From positions 1-35,513 of the IMG/VR virus record IMGVR_UViG_3300025875_000785: a stretch of DNA of 35,513 nucleotides. One strand, given 5' to 3'. Positions 7,605 to 16,711 of the stretch are shown in pieces. Position 1 is the stretch's first letter. Each line of letters starts with the position of its first letter. The notes beneath the pieces are model-generated. The model searched no databases. It was not told the DNA's origin and saw only the letters and a program-made list of their open reading frames with translations. The position numbers and the translations under genes were made by a program. This DNA is from a virus. Its lineage: Duplodnaviria > Caudoviricetes.

Positions 7605-8407
7605 ACCACCACCACCATCCTGGTGTCCGTGAGCAGGTCGGTGACCGTGGCGTAGGTCACCAGGAGATCGTCGGCGGTGGCGTAGGTCGCGGAGACGTCC
7701 GCGACGGTCCACTGCGCCTGCACGCCCCCGGCTGGGCGCTCCACCACGTCGTACGGCACGGACCACACCCGCGTGGGGTCACTCGCCCACGAGGTGCTGC
7801 GCGCCTGCGTGACGTCGCCGACGCTGACGTACTCCCACGCCACGCCCCATCCGCGCCCGGCGGGGACGTTGAGCAGCAGCGGGACGTCGTCGGCGAGGAG
7901 CGCGTCCAGTGCCGCCAGGTCGTCCAGGTTGTACGTGCGCACCAGCAGCGCCGATGACGCCGCCCGCCGCCCGGCGTCGTCGGAGACCACGATGGGGGTG
8001 CGCCGCCCCGAAGCCCACGCCAGGGCGCGTGAGGACGGCGCCAGGCGTGAGGCCATGGTGCCGGCCGTGAACACCGGCCCCTGGCGGGCGGGGGAGGCGC
8101 CGGCGATCCGCAGGGACCGCTCCGGGATGCCGGGGTGGATCAGCCACGGCTCCTCGGCGGCGAGGGTCACCGAGTCGGACCTGGCCGATCCCGCCTGGTA
8201 GCTCACCGCGGACCCGAACGGCGCCTCGTAGTCGTAGCCGCTCCACGCCCCGCCGGTGAGGACGACCGGTTCGGCGGCGCGCACCGGTCGACGTCGGCCG
8301 TCGGGATCGAGGCGCATGACCGTGACCGAGGCCCCCGTCAGGCCCGTAGCGTCCAGGCGCACCCGCGGGGGGGCGTTGAGCGGCTGCGGCGTGGCGACCA
8401 GCGGCAT
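7601..8407 (-). CDS. Minor tail protein (distal-tail position)
   Basis: Directly follows the tape measure gene; DYEAPFGSAVSY and WLIHPGIP motifs. Confidence 0.72.
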   Translation of the reverse strand: MPLVATPQPLNAPPRVRLDATGLTGASVTVMRLDPDGRRRPVRAAEPVVLTGGAWSGYDYEAPFGSAVSYQAGSARSDSVTLAAEEPWLIHPGIPERSLRIAGASPARQGPVFTAGTMASRLAPSSRALAWASGRRTPIVVSDDAGRRAASSALLVRTYNLDDLAALDALLADDVPLLLNVPAGRGWGVAWEYVSVGDVTQARSTSWASDPTRVWSVPYDVVERPAGGVQAQWTVADVSATYATADDLLVTYATVTDLLTDTRMVVVV

Positions 8408-11094
8408 CAGCGACCCCCCGTCCGGTAGGCCATCGCATCGGTCGCCGCGGCGTCTCGCGCATCGAGGACGCCGTCGATGAGCCCGGTGAGGCCGTTGCCG
8501 AGGTCGAGAGTCCCGTAGATCCGCATCGGGCCCGCACCGGCGGAGGTCACAGCCGCCGCCGGGGCCGGCGAGGCCGCCGCCGCAGCAAGACCCCGGGTGG
8601 CCGACTCCGGGACCAGGGAGGCCCCGAAGCGGTCGGCCACCTCTTGCATGAGCGCCATCGACCGGGCTCGCTTCGACGGCGCGAGCGGGATGTAGGCCTC
8701 TCCGCCGGTCTCAGGCTCGGCCCACACCCGCATCGCTCCAGCCGAAGCGATCTGCGCGACGTGGTCCTCACGCAGGCCGCCGTCGGCGTAGAAGTCGAAG
8801 ACGTTGCCGTTGGCCGAGTACTCGGTTTGACGACCCGCGAAGCCCGGCCGGCGCACCGTGACGCCCTCCCGCTCGTTGTACTGGACGGTGACGCTCTTGA
8901 AGGTGGGGATGTTCTGGATCGCGCGCCGGAAGGCGTCGGCCTTGCCAGTGGCGGCGTCGAACCCGTTCGCCTGGGCGACGGTGACGACGTTCGCGGGGAT
9001 CGCGCCGTAGGAGTCCGCGAGCCGCTCCGCCTGCTCCCGGGTCAGGCCCATCGCCTGCAGCTGGTCGATGAGCGCGTCACGGGACGCCTGCGCGGCCGCG
9101 GTCAGCTCATCGGCTCCCTGCCCGGCCTCCACCCCGGCGCGGGCTTGGTCCTTCATCGACCCGACCGTGGCGATGAGCTGGTCGTTGAGGACGGCGCCGG
9201 CGCCGCGGGTCTTGTCGAAGGAGTCCCCGAGCATCGCGACCTGCAGCTTGCTCCCGTCGGCGGCCTGCCCGACAGTCGCGATCTGCGCGGCACCCCGCGA
9301 CGTGGCGTCCGCCAGGGCTGCCTGCGCCTGGGCAGGGATGGCCATCTCGTCGAGGCGGTCCTGAGCGCCGTCCAGGGCCGGGATCAGGGTCTCGTCGATG
9401 CCGTCGGCGGCATCGCGCATCCCATCGGCGATCTTGTCGCTGGCCACGTCCGCGCCGAAGGCGGCCGCCGTGACGGCGTCGTTCGCCGTACGCAGCTTGT
9501 CCCCGAGGCCGGGCACCCACCCGAAGGCCGCCTCAGCGGCGCCGGTCATGTTCTGCAGCCCACCTAGCCACGCCGAGCTCATCTCGCCCTGAGCCTCGAC
9601 GAGGGCGGCGAGGGCCCGCAGGCCGAGCGACGACATCTGCAGGAAGGCCCGGCCGAGGTCGATGGCCAGGTCGGCCGAGTCCAGCAGGAAGGTGACGATC
9701 TCCTCGCGGTGGGTGGACACCCACGTGCCCGCGTCCGTGACGCCCGGCCCGAAGGCCTGAGCCAGGGACATTTGGATGTCGGAGGCCGCGGTGGCGATGG
9801 CCCGCTTCGCGGTCTCCGCGGCCGCGGCCGGGTTGTTCGCGATGTCGTCGGCGGCCTTGTTCGCGGCGCCGCCGACCTGCCCGAGCTGGTCGATCGCGGT
9901 CGAGGCGTCGAAGGCGAACAGGGCCGCCCCGAGGTCCTCGGCCTGGGTGCCGAACAGGGCGACCGCCGCGGCGTCGCGGGCGACGGGATCCTCGATGCCG
10001 CGCAGCCCGTCCAGGACGGCGTCCAGCCCGGCCTTGGCGCCCTCTCCGCCAGCGGCGATCTGGGCGGTCATCTCCTTGGCGTTCAGGCCGACCGAGGCGA
10101 AGCCCTGCGCGGACAGCTCGCTGCCGTCGACGGCCCGGATGGAGAACTCCTTGAGGGCGTCCGCGGCGACGTCGGTGTCGCGGGCGCCGGCCCGCACCGC
10201 CTGTGACAGCAGCCCCACCGAGAGGGGGCCGTCGAGGCCGAGCTTGCGGAACTGGGTGCCGTACTCGTTGAAGGTGTCGAGGAGGTCCTCGCTGCCGTTC
10301 AGTCCGGCCTGCTGGGCCTTGACGATGAGGTCGAAGGCCTGCGTGGCGTCACCGGCGAGGCCGGTCTTGAGGAGCTGCCCGGCGGTGCGGGAGGCTGCGG
10401 GGACCTCCTCGCCGAGGATGTCGGCGACGGTGGTGAGCCCGTTGATGACCTCGGTGATCTCGCGCTGGGTGGCGTCCCCGCCGACGAGCCCTGCCTGCAG
10501 GGCTCGTCGGCCCGCGTCGAGGTTCGCCTCGATGGACTCCCCGAAGTTGGAGGCGTAGGACTCCCCTGCTGCCTTGCCGAACTTCGCCGCGGTCGCGGCG
10601 TCCAGGCCGGTGCGGGCGGAGAACACGCCCTGGGTGGCCTGGCGGTCCATGCCCTTGGTGATCGCGTCCATCAGGAGCACGCCGGGGGAGAGGGAGGCGA
10701 CCATGGCGACCGCGCCGAGGATGGCGCCGGCGATCGGCCCGCCCTTGCCGGCCAGTGCCCCCACCTTGGACTCGACGCCGTCGGTGATGTTCTGCCCGGC
10801 CGCCTCGCCCGCGCGCTGGCCGGACCGTGCCGCCTCCTCCTCCATGCGGGAGAGCTCGTCGAGGGCGGCCCGGGCGTCGGCGTCGACCTCGACGGTGCCG
10901 CCGGGCAGGGAGCGGGTTCCCGCGGCGACCCGGTCCAGGACGCGGCGGGCGGCGGTGTCGTCGGCGCCGATCTTCACGTCCGGGGCGAGGCGGCCGAGGG
11001 CGCGCAGGGCCGTGTCGACGCGGCCGTGGGTGCGGTCGAAGCGGGTTGCGTCGAGGTCGACGTAGCCGACGAGGGTGCCGATGTCGAGGGCCAC
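8407..11094 (-). CDS. Tape measure protein (895 aa)
   Basis: Longest ORF, Ala/Gly-rich; DLLDTFNEY, DALKEFSIRA, ALFGTQAEDLG, WAEPETGGEAYIPL motifs; GGAGG RBS. Confidence 0.93.
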   Translation of the reverse strand: MALDIGTLVGYVDLDATRFDRTHGRVDTALRALGRLAPDVKIGADDTAARRVLDRVAAGTRSLPGGTVEVDADARAALDELSRMEEEAARSGQRAGEAAGQNITDGVESKVGALAGKGGPIAGAILGAVAMVASLSPGVLLMDAITKGMDRQATQGVFSARTGLDAATAAKFGKAAGESYASNFGESIEANLDAGRRALQAGLVGGDATQREITEVINGLTTVADILGEEVPAASRTAGQLLKTGLAGDATQAFDLIVKAQQAGLNGSEDLLDTFNEYGTQFRKLGLDGPLSVGLLSQAVRAGARDTDVAADALKEFSIRAVDGSELSAQGFASVGLNAKEMTAQIAAGGEGAKAGLDAVLDGLRGIEDPVARDAAAVALFGTQAEDLGAALFAFDASTAIDQLGQVGGAANKAADDIANNPAAAAETAKRAIATAASDIQMSLAQAFGPGVTDAGTWVSTHREEIVTFLLDSADLAIDLGRAFLQMSSLGLRALAALVEAQGEMSSAWLGGLQNMTGAAEAAFGWVPGLGDKLRTANDAVTAAAFGADVASDKIADGMRDAADGIDETLIPALDGAQDRLDEMAIPAQAQAALADATSRGAAQIATVGQAADGSKLQVAMLGDSFDKTRGAGAVLNDQLIATVGSMKDQARAGVEAGQGADELTAAAQASRDALIDQLQAMGLTREQAERLADSYGAIPANVVTVAQANGFDAATGKADAFRRAIQNIPTFKSVTVQYNEREGVTVRRPGFAGRQTEYSANGNVFDFYADGGLREDHVAQIASAGAMRVWAEPETGGEAYIPLAPSKRARSMALMQEVADRFGASLVPESATRGLAAAAASPAPAAAVTSAGAGPMRIYGTLDLGNGLTGLIDGVLDARDAAATDAMAYRTGGR

Positions 11095-11106
11095 GCCCGG
11101 GCCTCC

Positions 11107-11789
11107 TCAGCGCTGGTGGGTGGCCGCCGGTGCGGGCGCGAGAGCGGTGAGCAGGCGGGTGCCGGGGCGCAGGAGCCCGACGATCCGGGTGCGCAGCCAC
11201 CGCCACGACCGCCCGGCGAGAGCGTCGGGATCCTCAAGGTCGAGGCCGTACGTCTCGTGCAGGTCCGCCTCGACGGCAGACCAGTGCCCGAGCAGGTCCG
11301 CCCAGGTCGGGCCAGCCGCGGCGGGCTTCAGCTGCTGCTCGGGGACCTCGTACCACTCGTAGAGGCCGGTGCCCTCGTCGTACTCGCCCCGGCCGTAGTC
11401 GTCGAGGGTGGCGACAGGGCTGGGGCTGGCGCTTTTCCCGGTGACGCCCAGAACTCCTCGGCCCGGGCCCGGCCCTGCGTCCAGTGGACGTAGGCGGTGG
11501 TGCCGGCGTGCTGGATGGTGGGCCAGTCCAGGCCGTCGTCGACCATCTCCTGCCAGGCGCCGCCGAGCGCGGTGCGCTGCAGGTCCGCTTCGGCTTCGTC
11601 GTCGAGGTCGAGGAGCGCGAGGTCCCGCTCGGAGAGGGGCTGGCGAGCGGCGCGGGCCATGGCGATGTTGTGCAGGGCCTGGAACCGCAGCCCTGCGGCT
11701 GCCGGCAGGGGTGGGACTACGTAGGTCTTGCCCCGGATCGGCAGCCGCAGGGACGGGTCGAAGAAGTCCGCGAGGTCAGCGAAGCCCAT
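11107..11789 (-). CDS. Tail assembly chaperone, long form via -1 frameshift
   Basis: Slippery G GGA AAA at 11433-11439. The -1 frame stays open through ...WSAVEADLHETYGLDL...SWRWLRTRIVGLL to the TGA at 11107-11109. Confidence 0.85.
11328..11789 (-). CDS. Tail assembly chaperone, short form
   Basis: Between tail tube and tape measure; LRLPIRGKTYVVP and ALGGAWQEMVDDG motifs. Confidence 0.85.
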   Translation of the reverse strand: MGFADLADFFDPSLRLPIRGKTYVVPPLPAAAGLRFQALHNIAMARAARQPLSERDLALLDLDDEAEADLQRTALGGAWQEMVDDGLDWPTIQHAGTTAYVHWTQGRARAEEFWASPGKAPAPALSPPSTTTAGASTTRAPASTSGTRSPSSS

Positions 11790-11818
11790 GGCGGACGCTC
11801 CTTCCGGTGATGCGTGAG

Positions 11819-11835
11819 TGCGTGAGGGTCACGCA
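11819..11835. promoter_or_regulatory. TGCGTGA-N3-TCACGCA palindrome, copy 2
   Basis: TGCGTGAgggTCACGCA in the tube/chaperone intergenic gap; extra half-site at 11811-11817. Confidence 0.55.
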
Positions 11836-11840
11836 GTCGC

Positions 11841-12362
11841 TCAGCCCTCGGTGGTGGCGACGCCGGCGCCGGCGCCGGCGGACGGGCTCGTGATGCCCCG
11901 GCGCGCGCCCTGGCCGAGGAGCGTGGCGTTGACGGTGGACAGGCCATCCGCGGTGCCGCCCTGCGGCTCCCACTGCACGAGCGCGTACCCCTCGTACGCC
12001 TCGCCGTCGGCGACGCCGCGCTCGTACCAGCGGACGTGGACGAGGTCGAGGGCGTCGGCCGCGGCGCGCAGCTCCTCCTGACCCTCGTCGTAGGTGGCCG
12101 TGGCCTCGGCGGCGTACTGCTTGCGCAGCAGCACCAGCGGCAGGGACCACTTGCGGAGAGTGACGGCGTCGGCGCCCCAGCCCTCGGCGTCATAGTCGGT
12201 GGCGTCCTGGGTGGTGTTCGCCACGGTCGGGGTGACGGAGTTGCAGCCGCGGACCTGCTTCCAGTCGGGCTCATCCGTCCCGCCGTAGTTGAGGTCGACG
12301 TCGACGCGCCACTTCGAGTTGACGGTGGGGGTGCCAGCGGGGGCGAGGGTGGGGGTGGACAC
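11841..12362 (-). CDS. Major tail (tube) protein
   Basis: QDATDYDAEGW, DEGQEELR, VRWYER, EAYEG, TLLGQG motifs; AGGAGG RBS. Confidence 0.85.
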   Translation of the reverse strand: MSTPTLAPAGTPTVNSKWRVDVDLNYGGTDEPDWKQVRGCNSVTPTVANTTQDATDYDAEGWGADAVTLRKWSLPLVLLRKQYAAEATATYDEGQEELRAAADALDLVHVRWYERGVADGEAYEGYALVQWEPQGGTADGLSTVNATLLGQGARRGITSPSAGAGAGVATTEG

Positions 12363-12385
12363 GGGCTTCCTCCTGGGGTGGCGGG

Positions 12386-12826
12386 TCAGTCGGTGAGCAG
12401 AGCGCTCGGGCGGGCGGCGGTGACGTAGAAGTTGCTCGTGGTCTCGAAGCGGCCGTTGCCGTCAGGGCCGAGGTCGGCGCTCGAGTTGCGCACCACGAGG
12501 GCGACGTGGATGCCGTGCAGCTCGACGGGGCCGTGCGCACCGAGCCCGTGGAGGGCGTCGCGGACGTCGTCGGTGAGGTCGTCGACGACGCGAGGGTCGC
12601 GCGTGCCGCGGCAGCGGACCTGCACACCGGTCACGCAGTGGTCGGCGAGGGGGGAGGCGACGTCGTAGGCGGCGAGCGTCACGCACCGGTCGGGCGTGGC
12701 GGGCATGGACTGCATGACGATCGGGGTCTCGCCCACCTGGTAGGAGCCGGTGGGCCGCCAGGTTGCTACCTCCGCGGCTTGTAGCCGCTCGGCGATGCCG
12801 TAGAGGAGGTCGCTGGTGAAGCCCAT
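12386..12826 (-). CDS. Tail terminator / minor capsid-family protein
   Basis: MPATPDRCVTLAAY, VQVRCRG, LGPDGNGR..TSNFY; position before the tail tube. Confidence 0.75.
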   Translation of the reverse strand: MGFTSDLLYGIAERLQAAEVATWRPTGSYQVGETPIVMQSMPATPDRCVTLAAYDVASPLADHCVTGVQVRCRGTRDPRVVDDLTDDVRDALHGLGAHGPVELHGIHVALVVRNSSADLGPDGNGRFETTSNFYVTAARPSALLTD

Positions 12827-13185
12827 CAGCCACCCAGCTCCTCGCGCAGGGCCCGCTGGAGGAGGCGGGCGACGACGTCGGCCTCACCGGTCAGCGCCGA
12901 CTCGAGGTACTTCGCCTGCCGCCCGTCGTCGTGGCGCCAGTCGAGCTCTTCGTGCTGACGTGCGGCGTACGGGGTGTCGAAGGAGACGGCGGAGCGGACC
13001 TGCCCGGCCCCGTCAGTCTCGACGGTCGCCTTCCCGGACCGTTCGAGGGTGGCCTCCTCGATGGGGGCGCGGGACTTCGCGACCTGCAAGACGTGCTCGG
13101 CGCCGAGAAGCGCGCCCCGCTCGGCTGCCGCGGCGACCGCGGCGGCGGGGTTGCCACGACCGGACCGGAAGCTGGAACCGCTCAT
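12826..13185 (-). CDS. Neck/tail completion protein (HK97 gp10-like)
   Basis: APIEEATLERSG, VSFDTPYAARQHE, AKYLE. Confidence 0.78.
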   Translation of the reverse strand: MSGSSFRSGRGNPAAAVAAAAERGALLGAEHVLQVAKSRAPIEEATLERSGKATVETDGAGQVRSAVSFDTPYAARQHEELDWRHDDGRQAKYLESALTGEADVVARLLQRALREELGG

Positions 13186-13194
13186 GGCGCCTCC

Positions 13195-13536
13195 TCAGGT
13201 CAACGTGACCTCGACGTGGTCGGGCAGGCCCAGTGACCCGGAGCTGAGCCGCTTGAGGGTGATGACGGTCGCGGTGCGCTCGGCCGGGCTGCCGGCCCAC
13301 AGGGTCACGCGGGACTCCGGGGCGAAGCGGTCCGCGAGGTCCGGCGGGCCGTAGAAGGTTGCCTCGGAGACGACCTCGTCGCCGCCGGCGGTGCGCACGC
13401 TCTTGCGGGAGTCGTCGACGAACCCGGCCGCAGTGGACTCCGGGCCGTAGGTGGAGCCGTAGGCGCCCTCGCCGAGGTATGGCACGACGGTGATCTCGTG
13501 GACCCAGAAGTCGGCGAGGTCGTCGCTGGCGCTCAC
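13195..13536 (-). CDS. Head-to-tail stopper
   Basis: GTGA overlap; PYLGEGAYG..YGP and VRTAGGDEVVSEAT; synteny. Confidence 0.72.
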   Translation of the reverse strand: MSASDDLADFWVHEITVVPYLGEGAYGSTYGPESTAAGFVDDSRKSVRTAGGDEVVSEATFYGPPDLADRFAPESRVTLWAGSPAERTATVITLKRLSSGSLGLPDHVEVTLT

Positions 13537-13952
13537 GTGGAGCCGACACCAGCGGTGAGCAGCCCCGCCTCCAGGAGGATGCCGACGGACTCGGTGCACA
13601 GGGTCTCGGCGACCCGGGCGCGGGCCGCGGCGACGGCTGGGTTCACGGCGTAGGTGATGGACCCGGAGCCGATGCTCTTCGCGGTCGGCACGAGCTGCTG
13701 GTCGCCCGCGGCGCCCACTGCCGGGTTGATGCCGGCGTCGGCCCACAGCGCGGCCTGAGCGCAGGTGGCCTCGCGCAGCGCCTCGACGAGGTCCTCGTCG
13801 ACTGGCAGTCCGGCGGGGGTGGTGCGGTAGAGCGCGTTGCGGGTGGCGCGGGCCACCAGCAGCGACGCCGAGCGGAGCAGCGGCGCAGCGTTGGCAGGCG
13901 GGTCCTCCCCCGTCCATGCCTGCAGGTCCGCATCCGAGGCGTAGACGATCAC
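13533..13952 (-). CDS. Head-to-tail adaptor
   Basis: YAS.ADL, LREATCAQA, SIGSGSITY motifs. Confidence 0.78.
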   Translation of the reverse strand: MIVYASDADLQAWTGEDPPANAAPLLRSASLLVARATRNALYRTTPAGLPVDEDLVEALREATCAQAALWADAGINPAVGAAGDQQLVPTAKSIGSGSITYAVNPAVAAARARVAETLCTESVGILLEAGLLTAGVGST

Positions 13953-14116
13953 GGCAGCGGCTCGTCCACGGTGATCTTCACCAGCATCTCGATGCTCGCG
14001 CCGCGGTCACCGAGGGCGGCAACGACCTTCTGCACGACGTCGCGGTCGAGGTCAGTGTCGGTGGTGATGAGACCGACGAGCTCGTCGGCAGTGGCGTAGC
14101 GGCGACGCAGGGCCAT
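13949..14116 (-). CDS. Hypothetical protein (55 aa)
   Basis: GGAGG RBS; coupled to the adaptor gene. Confidence 0.6.
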   Translation of the reverse strand: MALRRRYATADELVGLITTDTDLDRDVVQKVVAALGDRGASIEMLVKITVDEPLP

Positions 14117-14150
14117 GGTTCCTCCAGGCTCGTGGCGGGCGGTGCGCGGT

Positions 14151-14189
14151 GGTGGTGCGGGGCCGCGGGGAAGCAGGCCCCGCACCACC
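14151..14189. terminator. Stem-loop after the capsid genes (terminator or mRNA stabiliser)
   Basis: Perfect 14-bp inverted repeat GGTGGTGCGGGGCC / GGCCCCGCACCACC; no clear U-tract. Confidence 0.55.
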
Positions 14190-14196
14190 GGGTGGG

Positions 14197-14502
14197 TCAG
14201 CGGCCGGGCTGGCGCAGGCGCCGGCGCAGGTCCGCGGTCTCGTCGGCCTGCTGCAGGCTTGCCGGGTCGCGCACGGCCTTGGGCTTGACGGGCCGCTGGT
14301 CCTGGTTGGCGTGCAGGCCGGGGCTGACGACCTCGGGCCCGTGCGGGTCGGCCTTGCCGGCGTCGACTGGGGCGAGGAAGTCGCCCGGCTGCGGGTTGAC
14401 CGCGGCGTCCCTGACGGGCGTTCCGACCTTGTCGGGCTTCACGTCCCGCGGGTCTGCCGGGGGGGCGGGCTCGGTGGGGGAGTCGTCCTCCAGGCGGCGC
14501 AT
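14197..14502 (-). CDS. Capsid-adjacent hypothetical protein (101 aa)
   Basis: TGATG overlap with the capsid stop; protein-like ORF (RDAAVNPQPGDFLAP..AGKADPHGPEVVSP). Confidence 0.65.
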   Translation of the reverse strand: MRRLEDDSPTEPAPPADPRDVKPDKVGTPVRDAAVNPQPGDFLAPVDAGKADPHGPEVVSPGLHANQDQRPVKPKAVRDPASLQQADETADLRRRLRQPGR

Positions 14503-15449
14503 CAGCCGGCCGCCGAGACGCGCACCCCGCGCAGCACGGCGGCGCTGCGGCTGGCCTTGACCGCGACGGCGACGGGGCCCATCTCGACCTCGCCGGTCTT
14601 CACGGCACCGGCGCTGGTGAAGTCGGGCAGCCACTGCTGCACGAGGGGGCTCCCGGCCATGCTGACGCCGTGCACGGCGTCCAGGCCGAGGCGCACCGCG
14701 TAGATGTCGGTGGTGCCGCCGGTGACGGGGATGACGTCGGTCTGGTCGACGTTCCAGCCGGCCTCGACGAACCGGATCCCGGCGTACGTCTCGATGCTCG
14801 TGCCGGCGGCGCCGGGGGAGCGGTCGTAGTAGCCGGCGCGGCGCGCGGCGGAACGGATCACCGCGAGGGCCCGGCGGCTGGCGATGATCGCCGTGGCTCC
14901 GCCGTCGACGTTGGACAGGAACTCGTCCAGGACGTCGATCACCTTGTGGGACCGGGACTCGTCGAGGTCGGACCAGTCGTAGGCGGCGCCCGCGATCTCC
15001 TGGCCTGAGCCGGTGAGGATCTTGTCGAGGCCCTCGAAGGCGAGGGCGTCTGTGTCGGTGTCGCCACCGATGAACGTAGACCCGAACGTGTCGCGCACCG
15101 AGCGGATCTTCTGCGCCATGTTCAGCGCGACCGCACCGGTCAGGGCCGGGCCGACGCGTGAGATGACCCGGTCCACCTGGAACGAGCCACCCAGGGGCTT
15201 GAGGTCGACGGACTTCGGCTCCGTGGTGACCTCGGTGGGCACGTACTCGCTGTTCAGGGCGCGGAACCCAGCGGTGGAGCGGGTCTTCAGGCGCCGGTAG
15301 CCGTACGTGAGCGTCCCGCCACCGGTGGGGGAGACGCAGTCGTCGAAGGTGAGGAGGTCCAGCAGCTGGTTGCCGCGGAACTCGTCGATGACGGAGACGG
15401 AGAGGTCGTCGGCGGCGTTCTGCTGGGCCTCGGCGAGGGTGACGGGCAT
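14502..15449 (-). CDS. Major capsid protein
   Basis: MPVTLAEA, FRALNSEY, LKPLGGSFQVDR, FEGLDK, GAVKTGEVEM; AAGGAG RBS; follows the scaffold gene. Confidence 0.88.
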   Translation of the reverse strand: MPVTLAEAQQNAADDLSVSVIDEFRGNQLLDLLTFDDCVSPTGGGTLTYGYRRLKTRSTAGFRALNSEYVPTEVTTEPKSVDLKPLGGSFQVDRVISRVGPALTGAVALNMAQKIRSVRDTFGSTFIGGDTDTDALAFEGLDKILTGSGQEIAGAAYDWSDLDESRSHKVIDVLDEFLSNVDGGATAIIASRRALAVIRSAARRAGYYDRSPGAAGTSIETYAGIRFVEAGWNVDQTDVIPVTGGTTDIYAVRLGLDAVHGVSMAGSPLVQQWLPDFTSAGAVKTGEVEMGPVAVAVKASRSAAVLRGVRVSAAG

Positions 15450-15470
15450 GGTGCTCCTTCTGGTGGTGCG

Positions 15471-16202
15471 TCAGCCGGTGTAGTGGCCGGTGACGGCGGC
15501 GGCGAGCGACTTGGGTGTGCGGGGGGCGCGTCCTTCGCCGGACCCGCCGGCGGAGTGGTCGACGCTGCTCGCGCCGGCCGCCCGGGCCGCCTTGAGCTTG
15601 GGGTTCGCGGTGGCCGCCTCGGTGAGCGCGGCGGTGACCTGGGTGGTGAAGTCCGCGGCCGCGGGGTCCAGCCCCTCGACCTTGGTCAGGAACGCCCGGG
15701 AGTCGAGGACGGCGTCGGGGTCGACACCGGCCGCGGCGGCGGAGCGGAAGACGGCGAGCTCGACGGCGGCCTGGCGGGCCTGCGCCTGCGTCGCGGTGAG
15801 CTGCTGGGTGAGGGCGTCGGCGTCGGGGGCTGCGTCGCCGTCCTTGATGAGGCCGAGGGCCTTGCCGAGGGACTGCACGAGCTCGTTGCGCGCCTCGTCG
15901 GCGGCCTGCGTCTTCGCGGTGGTGCGCGCCGAGCCGTTCTCGCGGCGCAGGCGCGCGATCTCGGCCTTCAGGGCCGCGGGGTCGTCGGGGAGGGCGTCGC
16001 CCTGACCCTGGTCGCCCGCCCCGTCCGTGCCGGCGCCTTGCTGGCCGGAGTCGCCGGCGCCCTGGTCGCCACCGGCAGCACCGGAGTCGCCAGCGCCCGC
16101 TCCCCCGTCGCCCTCGGCGTACCGGATGCCGAGGGCCTGGTGCAGCGTCTCCGGCTCCAGGCGCAGGTGGGCGGGCAGGACGTAGGGCAGGGTGCGGCTC
16201 AT
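15471..16202 (-). CDS. Scaffolding protein
   Basis: G/D-rich N-terminus, helical EIARLRREN, VLDSRAF, ANPKLKA; upstream of the capsid gene. Confidence 0.8.
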   Translation of the reverse strand: MSRTLPYVLPAHLRLEPETLHQALGIRYAEGDGGAGAGDSGAAGGDQGAGDSGQQGAGTDGAGDQGQGDALPDDPAALKAEIARLRRENGSARTTAKTQAADEARNELVQSLGKALGLIKDGDAAPDADALTQQLTATQAQARQAAVELAVFRSAAAAGVDPDAVLDSRAFLTKVEGLDPAAADFTTQVTAALTEAATANPKLKAARAAGASSVDHSAGGSGEGRAPRTPKSLAAAVTGHYTG

Positions 16203-16477
16203 CGGGCCACCTCCACGCGCTGACCGACGCGCCGGTCCCCACCGGTGGGGTCGTCCCAGCGGTCGAGGGCCTGCAGTGCGGTCAGGTCCGGAACCACCTG
16301 GTTGCTGTAGCTGCCCGTGGTCGCGTGGGCCATGACGCGGATCGCGGCCCAGTAAGCGACCTGCTTCGGCAGTGCCCACGCCACCTTCATGGCGACGCGC
16401 TGCGGCACCTTGTGCAGGTCGTAGCGGAGCAGGGACAGGCGGACCCGCAGCGGGGTCGGCTCGGTGGTGCGGGACAT
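16199..16477 (-). CDS. Hypothetical protein (92 aa)
   Basis: GGAGG RBS; ATGA coupling to the scaffold gene. Confidence 0.65.
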   Translation of the reverse strand: MSRTTEPTPLRVRLSLLRYDLHKVPQRVAMKVAWALPKQVAYWAAIRVMAHATTGSYSNQVVPDLTALQALDRWDDPTGGDRRVGQRVEVAR

Positions 16478-16561
16478 CGCGGCCTCCAGGGCTCGTCGAG
16501 GGGGACGCCGCTACGGTGCGCGGCAGCCGCAGGCGCCAGGCATGCGGAGACGGGGGATGGC

Positions 16562-16711
16562 GTGGCCGACGAGAAGACGCAGTGGGTGTGTGGGCGCTGC
16601 GGAGCCGTGGTGGAAGCGCTCGGCCGACACGAGGCGTGGCATGACCAGCTCGAGGGATCGCACGAGCAGCTGCCCGGGAACCCTGGAAGTGAAGGCGGCG
16701 AAGTCTGGTAG
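16562..16711 (+). CDS. Small CxxC...HxxxH zinc-finger-like protein, opposite strand (49 aa)
   Basis: GGGGGA RBS-like sequence, TACGGT at 16512-16517, CGRCGAVV...RHEAWH; fills an intergenic gap. Confidence 0.55.
   Translation: MADEKTQWVCGRCGAVVEALGRHEAWHDQLEGSHEQLPGNPGSEGGEVW

Noticed and set aside
16000-16115. Short repeats in the scaffold gene (GAGDSG, GDQG)
   Set aside because: Ordinary low-complexity linker coding.
14197-16242. 681-aa minus-strand ORF
   Set aside because: Arg/Pro-rich off-frame shadow of the capsid and scaffold genes; only the last 101 codons look real.
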